Assembly: GCA_014361085.1 (NCBI GenBank)
Contig: JACIWG010000003.1
Span: 7,871-27,870, forward strand
Reading direction: 5' to 3'
DNA length: 20,000 nt
From: Nitrososphaeria archaeon
GTDB taxonomy: Archaea > Thermoproteota > Nitrososphaeria > JACIWG01
In this document: positions 8,782 to 14,662 of the stretch, one piece after another
Position numbering within the stretch: the stretch's first letter is position 1
Layout of the letters: each line of letters starts with the position of its first letter
Made by a program: the position numbers and the translations under genes
The notes under the pieces: model-generated
Told to the model about the DNA's origin: nothing
The model's database searches: none
The model's input: only the letters and a program-made list of their open reading frames with translations

Positions 8782-11624
8782 TGTTAGAATATGAGGAAAA
8801 ATGGATTGAGGCTTGGAAAAAAGATAGAGTATTTGAGGCAGATAGAGATGTTTCTAGAGAAAAACTTTTTGTGAATGCACCATTTCCCTATATGAATGGA
8901 CCACTACATATTGGTCATGCCTTTACCTATACTAGGTTAGATGCTTATGCAAGATATAGAAGGATGAAGGGAAATAATGTCCTATTCCCCTTTGCATGGC
9001 ACTGGACTGGGGAAGCTGTCGCTGGACAATCAGTTAGATTAAAAAAAGGAGACCCGGCTGTAATAAAAGCTTTCGTGGAAATTGATGGGATACCTCCAGA
9101 GGAGCTTGAAAAATTTACATCACCCTATAATTTGGCTGAATATTATACTAGAGTCAGTAGGGAAGCACTCTATAAACTTGGGCTTTCAATAGATTGGCGT
9201 AGAGAATTTTTTACTACAAGCTATAACAAGGGATTCAGTAAATTTATAGAGTGGCAGTATCTTAAACTAAAGGAAAAAAATTTTGTTGTAAAAGGATCTC
9301 ATCCTGTTGTATGGTGTCCTTCAGATCAAAGCCCTACAGGCGATCATGATAGACTTGAAGGGGAAGGTGTGTCCCCTGAAGAATTTTATTTAGTTTTCTT
9401 TAAAATGGACGAATATTTTTTGGCAGCGGCCACCTTTAGACCCGAGACCATATATGGTGCAACAAATGTATGGATTCTTCCCGAAGGAGAATATGTTAAA
9501 GCAAAAATTGATAATATAAAACTTGTAATAAGCCGGGAAAGCCTTACCAAGTTTATTGAGCAGGAGAGAAATGTAAAAATAATTGAAACCTTTTATGGAA
9601 AAGAATTGATAGGAAAAGAATGTGTTGTACCCTTAGCTGGACATAAAATTCCAATTTTACCTGCAAGCTTCATTGACCCAGCTTACGGAACAGGAATAGT
9701 GTATAGCGTACCAGCACATGCACCCTACGATTGGCTAGCTTTAAGAGATCTACAAATGGCTTCAACTGAAAAGTTGAAGGAAATTGCTGCTAAAATAAAA
9801 CCAATTTCCATAATTAAAGTTGAAGGTTTCGGCGAATATCCTGCCATTGAGATAGTGGAACAAATGGGAATAAAAGATCAAAATGATAAGCAGGCTGAGA
9901 AAGCAACAGAGATCATATACAGCAAAGAATTTCACACGGGAGTAATGAAGGAAAATTGTGGAATCCTAAGTGGGATGCCAGTTAGGGAAGCTAAGAATAA
10001 AGTGATAGAAACTTTAATACAGCAAGGTTTAGGCGATAAAATTTATGATTTACCTCAAATAGTTAGATGTAGATGTGGAACAAGATGTATAGTAAAGATA
10101 CTAAGGGATCAATGGTTTTTAAACTATAGTAACCCAGAATGGAAAGATAGAGTTCGCCAGCACGTTAAAACAATGAAGATCTTACCAGAAGAGGCAAGAG
10201 CTTGGATTTATGCTACAGTTGATTGGCTTAACAATTGGCCTTGTACAAGAAAAACGGGAATGGGCACCCCACTTCCATGGGATAAGGAATGGATTGTTGA
10301 AACACTAAGTGATTCCACAATTTATATGGCATATTACATTGTAAGCAAGTATGTGAACAGTGGAGAAATAGAGTCTGAACAAATGACCAAAGAATTTTTT
10401 GACTACGTGTTTTTAGGTGAAGGCAAAATAGAGGAAGTTTCAAAAAAGACGGGAATAGATGTAAATATTTTAAAAAATGTCCGAGAAGACTTCCTTTATT
10501 GGTATCCAGTAGATTTAAGAAACTCTGCTAAGGAGTTAATTCCAAACCATTTAACATTTTTTATCTTTCATCATGTGGCAATATTTCCAAAAGAAATGTG
10601 GCCCAAAGGAATAAGTGTAAATGGAATGATTACAATAGAAGGTAAAAAAATGTCAAAATCGAAGGGAATATTCACTACAATTTCAAAAGAAATAAGAAAA
10701 TATGGAGCGGATGTTGTAAGAGCAGCATTAATTTATGGTGCAGAGGGAATGGATGATCCTGACTGGAACGAGAATATAGCAAAGCTTATGGAGCAAAAAA
10801 TTGCATCCTTATTCGAGTTTGTAAACGAAATAAGAGAGATTTCAAGTTATAGGGAAAAAGATTTTCCGGAAAAATTGTTGCTTGCAGAAGTTAAGAATAT
10901 GATTCTGCTTGTTGAAAAAAATTTGGAGCAAATGAAGACAAAGACTGCCTTCCAAATTGCATTCTTTGACATACCAAATGTTATAAAAAGATATCTTAGA
11001 CAGGTTTCTGTACCAGAAAAGGATACAATCGAAGAAGTTCTAGAATACTGGATAAAGGTGATGGCGCCATTTATTCCATTTACATGCGAGGAAATTTGGC
11101 ATCTTATTGGAAGACAAGAATATATTTCTTTAGAAAAATGGCCAGCATTGAAGGTTAGTGAGGAAGACAGTAGAGTTCTTTTTGAATACAAACTTATAGA
11201 GAAACTTTTAGAGGACGTAAAAGAAATAAAGAAGCTGACAAAAACTGAGCCAAAAACACTATACATATATGTTGCAGCACAGGAGCTGACGAAGACATTT
11301 TTAAAATATGTAGCCTATATCGAAGAGGGATTAACTACAAAAGAGGCTGTAAAAAAGATTTATGAAGAAATCCCAAAAAACTTAATCGGGAGTGTACCTC
11401 AATTAATTAAACTGGCAACTACATTAGAAAAAAACTTACTTAATGAAGTAAGAAAGATAGAAGATTTTGACGAATACCAAGTATACGATAAGAGTAAAGA
11501 ATATTTAGAAAAGGAAACTGGCATGAAAATTAGAATATATTACTCAGATGAGCAAGACAAGTATGATCCAAAAAATAAGGCTAAAAACGCTTTACCACTA
11601 AAACCAGCACTTTTCCTAGAATAG
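8781..11624 (+). CDS. leuS: Leucyl-tRNA synthetase
   Basis: 947 aa. Class I motifs HIGH (PLHIGHAF) and KMSKS (GKKMSKSKG) are present, with a large editing insertion between them. The ATG overlaps the alaS stop by 1 nt (TAATG). Confidence 0.96.
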   Translation: MLEYEEKWIEAWKKDRVFEADRDVSREKLFVNAPFPYMNGPLHIGHAFTYTRLDAYARYRRMKGNNVLFPFAWHWTGEAVAGQSVRLKKGDPAVIKAFVEIDGIPPEELEKFTSPYNLAEYYTRVSREALYKLGLSIDWRREFFTTSYNKGFSKFIEWQYLKLKEKNFVVKGSHPVVWCPSDQSPTGDHDRLEGEGVSPEEFYLVFFKMDEYFLAAATFRPETIYGATNVWILPEGEYVKAKIDNIKLVISRESLTKFIEQERNVKIIETFYGKELIGKECVVPLAGHKIPILPASFIDPAYGTGIVYSVPAHAPYDWLALRDLQMASTEKLKEIAAKIKPISIIKVEGFGEYPAIEIVEQMGIKDQNDKQAEKATEIIYSKEFHTGVMKENCGILSGMPVREAKNKVIETLIQQGLGDKIYDLPQIVRCRCGTRCIVKILRDQWFLNYSNPEWKDRVRQHVKTMKILPEEARAWIYATVDWLNNWPCTRKTGMGTPLPWDKEWIVETLSDSTIYMAYYIVSKYVNSGEIESEQMTKEFFDYVFLGEGKIEEVSKKTGIDVNILKNVREDFLYWYPVDLRNSAKELIPNHLTFFIFHHVAIFPKEMWPKGISVNGMITIEGKKMSKSKGIFTTISKEIRKYGADVVRAALIYGAEGMDDPDWNENIAKLMEQKIASLFEFVNEIREISSYREKDFPEKLLLAEVKNMILLVEKNLEQMKTKTAFQIAFFDIPNVIKRYLRQVSVPEKDTIEEVLEYWIKVMAPFIPFTCEEIWHLIGRQEYISLEKWPALKVSEEDSRVLFEYKLIEKLLEDVKEIKKLTKTEPKTLYIYVAAQELTKTFLKYVAYIEEGLTTKEAVKKIYEEIPKNLIGSVPQLIKLATTLEKNLLNEVRKIEDFDEYQVYDKSKEYLEKETGMKIRIYYSDEQDKYDPKNKAKNALPLKPALFLE

Positions 11625-11651
11625 AACACCACAACATTATTTAGCATAAAG

Positions 11652-11659
11652 ATTAAATA
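11652..11659 (+). promoter_or_regulatory. Candidate TATA box for the macro-domain gene (near-leaderless transcript)
   Basis: ATTAAATA is centred about 30 nt upstream of ATG 11686, consistent with the archaeal TATA position about 26-27 nt upstream of the TSS. Motif and spacing only. Confidence 0.3.
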
Positions 11660-11685
11660 TAGTTGGAAGATAATTTTCCAAATAC

Positions 11686-12246
11686 ATGGAAATAGAAGTA
11701 AATAATTGTAAAATTAAAATTATAGAAGGGGATATAACAGAACAAAGTGTAGATGCCATAGTTAATGCGGCTAATCCGACTCTTATGGGTGGAGGTGGAG
11801 TTGATGGAGCAATACATCGTAAAGGAGGAAGTAAGATACTTGAAGAATGCAAACAAATAAGAGCTACATTATATCCTAATGGACTTCCAACCGGAGAAGC
11901 AGTTATAACTTCGGGAGGAAAATTGAAAGCAAAATATGTTATACATACTGTGGGCCCCATTTGGAAAGGTGGAAATAGTAATGAGGCTGAACTTTTATCT
12001 AACGCATATAAGAATTCATTAAAAATTGCAAAAAGTCGAAGACTAAAAAGTATTGCCTTCCCTTCAATCAGTACAGGAGCTTACAGGTATCCCATAGAGA
12101 AAGCGAGCATGGTAGCATTAAGCACAGTTAAAGAATTTTTAGAAAAAGAGGATGAATTAGAAGAAGTAATATTTGTCCTTTTTTCAAAAAAGGATCTCGA
12201 AATATATGAACAAAAGGCAATTGAAATATTTGGTTTGAGTAAATAG
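11686..12246 (+). CDS. Macro-domain protein (ADP-ribose / O-acetyl-ADP-ribose hydrolase family)
   Basis: 186 aa with macro-domain signatures [34 protein letters not shown] and [13 protein letters not shown]. Confidence 0.85.
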   Translation: MEIEVNNCKIKIIEGDITEQSVDAIVNAANPTLMGGGGVDGAIHRKGGSKILEECKQIRATLYPNGLPTGEAVITSGGKLKAKYVIHTVGPIWKGGNSNEAELLSNAYKNSLKIAKSRRLKSIAFPSISTGAYRYPIEKASMVALSTVKEFLEKEDELEEVIFVLFSKKDLEIYEQKAIEIFGLSK

Positions 12247-12258
12247 AGAATAAGATTA

Positions 12259-12336
12259 TGGTGGACCGGGTGGGACTTGAACCCACGACCTCTCCCATGC
12301 CAAGGGAGCATAACTACCAGCCTGTACTACCGGCCC
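12259..12336 (-). tRNA. tRNA-Ala(GGC): tRNA-Ala (anticodon GGC), CCA encoded
   Basis: Reverse complement: GGGCCGGTAGTACAGGCTGGTAGTTATGCTCCCTTGGCATGGGAGAGGTCGTGGGTTCAAGTCCCACCCGGTCCACCA. Acceptor GGGCCGG/CCGGTCC carries the G3:U70 alanine identity pair. Anticodon stem CTCCC/GGGAG with loop TTGGCAT. T-arm GTGGG-TTCAAGT-CCCAC. The D stem has one mismatch (C13/U22). Confidence 0.9.
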
Positions 12337-12434
12337 ATTTCCTCTAACTACAAACCATCTACCACTTTTATTTAAATTCTTTTATTGTTATAAGTTTAAA
12401 TCTTTTATTTTACTAACCCCTAAAGGTATCATGT

Positions 12435-12509
12435 GCGACCGTAGTCTAGTCTGGTCTAGGACGGGAGCCTGCCACGCTTCTGACCCGGGTTCAAATCCCG
12501 GCGGTCGCA
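12435..12509 (+). tRNA. tRNA-Gly(GCC): tRNA-Gly (anticodon GCC)
   Basis: Acceptor GCGACCG/CGGTCGC. D-arm GTCT...GGAC. Anticodon stem GGAGC/GCTTC with loop CTGCCAC. T-arm CCGGG-TTCAAAT-CCCGG. Discriminator A. Only CC of the CCA is encoded. Confidence 0.92.
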
Positions 12510-12511
12510 CC

Positions 12512-13079
12512 TATTTACAAAAGTCAGCGAGAAAGATCCCGACTTTACCTGTGGAGATGAATCTCCGTTAAAATTTATATTCCTTCATCTTCTATCCCTT
12601 CTTTGAGCGGTTGCTCGAATGTGGTCCAGATGTTCAAAAGTTGGAATAAGGCTCTGGATCGAATTGGGGGGGAGGTTCCAGTAAAATAGGGCTTCTCCAG
12701 ATGGAGAAGTCGCTAAAAGATTTAATATAAAGAATTTTCTCTACAAAAGCCCCTAAGCTAAGTGTGGGCCAAAAACGGCTCGTAACATTCGCTTCAATAT
12801 ACGCGTATGAACCTACACTAATGTTACTTGATGAACCTACTGCAAATTTAAATTCAAAAATAGTTAAACAAGTCAAAAATATAATATTAGAATATAAAGC
12901 GAAGGGAAACTGCATAATATTAACTTCACATGATATTAATTTTGTCGCAAATGTAGCTAACCGAGTATATGCTTTAAATGAAAGGAAAAATGGTTGGTGG
13001 GGGAGTTACTCAAATCATGCTTAAAGACAAAAAATTTCTTGAAATAGCGGATGTTGACACTAATTGTGCAAGCCTATGA
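12512..13079 (+). pseudogene. Decayed, 5'-truncated ABC-transporter ATPase (ECF/CbiO-like) pseudogene
   Basis: The annotated ORF 12764-13024 holds only the C-terminal half: signature remnant LSVGQKRL, Walker B LMLLDEPT, H-loop TSHD. The same frame stays readable back to the tRNA-Gly 3' end but has in-frame stops at 12569-71, 12647-49 and 12728-30. That stretch keeps recognisable remnants (LR*NLYSFIFYP resembling LRxxxGxVFQNP; ECGP resembling FGP). No Walker A region remains. A +1 frameshift near 12978 restores a typical C-terminus (KGKMVGGGVTQIMLKDKKFLEIADVD...) ending at TGA 13077-13079. Confidence 0.65.
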
Positions 13080-13331
13080 AATATAGTCAGCAACTCAAGA
13101 CTAAAAATTAAAACAGAGCCATTTAAAGTTATATTATAAAATTTTTTAACCGACGATAATAATATTTTTTCTCAAAAATTCAGTTTCTATTAACTTGAAT
13201 TATATTATATACTTAGGAGTTTTTACGATAGTAGCTATTCTAACTAAATATTATAGACATTGGATTAAAGAAAATTTTTTGCATAAAAGTTATTAATGGG
13301 CTGCTTAATAGCATTATAATTGTGCCATGAT

Positions 13332-13405
13332 GCCGAGGTAGCTCAGCCTGGGAGAGCACCCGGCTGAAGACCGGGCTGTCGCCGGTTCAAGTCCGGCCCT
13401 CGGCA
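13332..13405 (+). tRNA. tRNA-Phe(GAA): tRNA-Phe (anticodon GAA)
   Basis: Acceptor GCCGAGG/CCTCGGC. D-arm GCTC...GAGC. Anticodon stem CCCGG/CCGGG with loop CTGAAGA. T-arm GCCGG-TTCAAGT-CCGGC. Discriminator A. CCA not encoded. Confidence 0.95.
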
Positions 13406-13431
13406 TTTAAATGCCTTGAATCATTATTTTA

Positions 13432-13887
13432 TTAGGAAAGTTCTACTTCTATTAAAGGTCTTAGACTTCCCAAATATTTGCCATCTAAGTATACATCTAT
13501 TGTATCTAACCCAATTTGAGCCATTCTAAAAGTGCATCTTCTTTCTCCTGCAACTCTTTTTATCTCAATTATTAGGTCTAAATAGTCTTGATCTGCACTT
13601 GCACCTGAAGGCCTATCTTCAAATCCGATTACGAAGGTTTCAAAAACAATTCCGCTAGAATTGTAGGCCCCTTTTGTAGCACCTATAATTTTATAATCAG
13701 ATACTTCTATTCCTATATTTCTATTCATAAACTTGAACCTTTTTAATTGCAAACTTATTTCTTCAGGCAATTCTTGCACAATCCCATTTTTTACATATAG
13801 ACCTATGAAAAAACCTAAAGTAAAGAAAATAACTACTATTAGTAACACAAACAGAAAACTTTTAGTCCTATTCGATTTATTTATCAA
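13432..13887 (-). CDS. Hypothetical membrane-anchored protein (no recognisable family)
   Basis: 151-aa ORF with a TTG start. Basic N-terminus MINKSNRTKS, then one strongly hydrophobic helix (FLFVLLIVVIFFTLGFFIGLYV) and a ~115-aa soluble domain. A TATA-like TTTATAGAAAAATATTTTT lies on the minus strand 35-50 nt upstream. I recognise no conserved motif. Confidence 0.55.
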   Translation of the reverse strand: MINKSNRTKSFLFVLLIVVIFFTLGFFIGLYVKNGIVQELPEEISLQLKRFKFMNRNIGIEVSDYKIIGATKGAYNSSGIVFETFVIGFEDRPSGASADQDYLDLIIEIKRVAGERRCTFRMAQIGLDTIDVYLDGKYLGSLRPLIEVELS

Positions 13888-14002
13888 CCTACTAATCGAT
13901 GCAAGTGAACATTCTTGCTAAAAATATTTTTCTATAAACATTAATTTAAAGATAATGAATATGTTAAAGTAGAAAACCTTAAGTTAAACCCTTTATAGTG
14001 GA

Positions 14003-14013
14003 AATTATGGTGG
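14003..14013 (+). repeat. 5' arm (AATTATGGTGG) of a perfect 11-bp inverted repeat; the partner is 14168-14178
   Basis: The reverse complement of 14003-14013 equals 14168-14178 (CCACCATAATT). That partner comprises tRNA-Ala(CGC) nt 71-76 plus 5 nt of trailer. Confidence 0.8.
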
Positions 14014-14020
14014 TCTTAAA

Positions 14021-14085
14021 GGTATACGGTTATATCGACGGGCGAACTGACCAAAAATAGGGATGAAGAACTGAAACCGTATACC
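14021..14085 (+). ncRNA. Candidate structured small RNA / pre-tRNA leader element with box C/D-like (K-turn, K-loop) motifs
   Basis: Perfect 11-bp stem GGTATACGGTT (14021-31) / AACCGTATACC (14075-85) enclosing 43 nt. Inside are CTGA (14047-50), a 9-nt A-rich loop and GGGATGA (14060-66), which together read as a C'/D'-type K-loop. A second CTGA (14071-74) abuts the 3' stem arm like a D box. The element ends 10 nt before tRNA-Ala(CGC). No transcript evidence is available. Confidence 0.4.
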
Positions 14086-14095
14086 GGGAAAACAT

Positions 14096-14173
14096 GGGCC
14101 GATAGTACAGGCTGGTATGTACGCTCGCCTCGCACGCGAGAGGTCGCGGGTTCAAGTCCCGCTCGGTCCACCA
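14096..14173 (+). tRNA. tRNA-Ala(CGC): tRNA-Ala (anticodon CGC), CCA encoded
   Basis: Sequence: GGGCCGATAGTACAGGCTGGTATGTACGCTCGCCTCGCACGCGAGAGGTCGCGGGTTCAAGTCCCGCTCGGTCCACCA. G3:U70 is present. D stem GTAC/GTAC. Anticodon stem CTCGC/GCGAG with loop CTCGCAC. T-arm GCGGG-TTCAAGT-CCCGC. Confidence 0.93.
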
Positions 14174-14178
14174 TAATT
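14168..14178 (+). repeat. 3' arm (CCACCATAATT) of the 11-bp inverted repeat with 14003-14013
   Basis: See the partner arm. This arm overlaps the 3' end of tRNA-Ala(CGC) and its trailer, and is followed by a T run (14177-14180). Confidence 0.8.
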
Positions 14179-14290
14179 TTTAGTAAAAAATTAGTGGGCT
14201 TACCTAACTTTACAATTTAAATTAAGTAAAAGTTTTCCATTTTTAGTGAAAATGTATAAAAATGTGTTTTCTGTAAGTCTTTAATATTAG

Positions 14291-14423
14291 ATGGTGGGGC
14301 TAGTGGGACTTGAACCCACGACAGACGGGTTTCTTCACCCAGCTCCAAAACTACATCATCTTGGAATCAGTTTACCCATCTTGGTTCTGGAGCCCGTTGT
14401 CCTGCCTTGCTGGACGATAGCCC
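14291..14423 (-). tRNA. tRNA-Trp(CCA): tRNA-Trp (anticodon CCA) interrupted by a ~56-nt intron at the canonical 37/38 position; CCA encoded
   Basis: Reverse complement: GGGGCTA TC GTCC AGCAAGGCA GGAC A ACGGG CTCCAG [intron] A CCCGT CTGTC GTGGG TTCAAGT CCCAC TAGCCCC A CCA. The exons give a standard 77-nt cloverleaf including CCA. Confidence 0.9.
14330..14385 (-). other. tRNA-Trp intron with box C/D-like motifs and antisense elements against its own exons
   Basis: Intron: AACCAAGATGGGTAAACTGATTCCAAGATGATGTAGTTTTGGAGCTGGGTGAAGAA. It contains CTGA (nt 17-20), GATGATG (nt 27-33), GTGA (nt 49-52) and a duplicated CCAAGATG. The junction is ambiguous by 1-2 nt within A runs. Confidence 0.8.
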
Positions 14424-14473
14424 CCAGTATTATTATCCCTTAAAAAGGAGGAAAATAAATTTTTAAAAAACAA

Positions 14474-14484
14474 AAATTTAATTA
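14474..14484 (+). promoter_or_regulatory. Candidate TATA box for the 5S rRNA gene
   Basis: AAATTTAATTA is centred about 25 nt upstream of the inferred 5S 5' end (14504). Motif and spacing only. Confidence 0.3.
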
Positions 14485-14503
14485 GGAGTTTTTTGGGCGT
14501 TAT

Positions 14504-14624
14504 GCTCAGCCGGCCATAGTGATGCGGGTTCGACCTGGACTCGTCAGATCCCAGAAGTCAAACCGCATCACGCCATTGCGTTAGTGATGTGCGGAAGCCA
14601 TCGCGAAGCAATGGTGCCGGCGCC
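14504..14624 (+). rRNA. rrn5: 5S ribosomal RNA (stand-alone, not linked to 16S/23S in this window)
   Basis: Helix I GCCGGC (14509-14) / GCCGGC (14616-21). Helix II GTGATGCGG (14519-27) / CCGCATCAC (14563-71). Helix IV-V base CCATTGC (14573-79) / GCAATGG (14608-14). The loop-C region ...CCTGGACTCGTCAGATCCCAGAAGTCAAAC resembles the 5S consensus. Ends are uncertain by about 6 nt. Confidence 0.85.
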
Positions 14625-14662
14625 AAAATAATAGAATAATAAAAATGGGGGATAGAAAATAA

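Noticed and set aside
11686-12246. Macro-domain protein as the antitoxin half of a DarTG-like toxin-antitoxin or defence module.
   Set aside because: There is no adjacent partner ORF. It is flanked by leuS and a tRNA, and its size and motifs fit the stand-alone housekeeping macro-domain hydrolase type.
12081-12311. 76-aa minus-strand ORF (MLPWHGRGRGFKSHP...).
   Set aside because: Its 5' part is simply a translation of the tRNA-Ala(GGC) gene and the rest is antisense to the macro-domain gene, so it is an artefact.
12552-12565. Small hairpin GGAGA-TGAA-TCTCC downstream of tRNA-Gly, considered as a terminator or regulatory element.
   Set aside because: It is only 5 bp, lies within the pseudogene remnant, and is not followed by a T run, so the evidence is insufficient.
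12634-12915. 93-aa minus-strand ORF, and the 62-aa plus-strand ORF at 13733-13921.
   Set aside because: The first is antisense to the ABC-ATPase pseudogene and the second is antisense to the orphan membrane ORF. Neither has a recognisable motif or translation signal.
13080-13331. 250-nt gene-free AT-rich spacer with three copies of ATATTATA (13131, 13202, 13248), considered as a repeat array, CRISPR remnant or origin-like element.
   Set aside because: The motif is short, the spacing is irregular (71 and 46 nt), and the flanks do not repeat. Such 8-mers are expected in AT-rich DNA. I found no ORB-like or CRISPR-like repeat structure.
14003-14040. A third (split, permuted or truncated) tRNA gene on the minus strand, suggested by the TGGTGG tRNA-3'-end-like sequence.
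   Set aside because: Beyond the 10-11 nt match there is no T-arm (no GTTCRANY-type loop) or acceptor complementarity. It is only a short copy of the tRNA-Ala 3' end plus trailer.
14021-14094. Archaeal H/ACA guide RNA (hairpin plus K-loop plus ACA at 14092-14094).
   Set aside because: There is no upper stem between the putative pseudouridylation pocket and the K-loop. The ACA also lies 7 nt from the stem rather than immediately after it.
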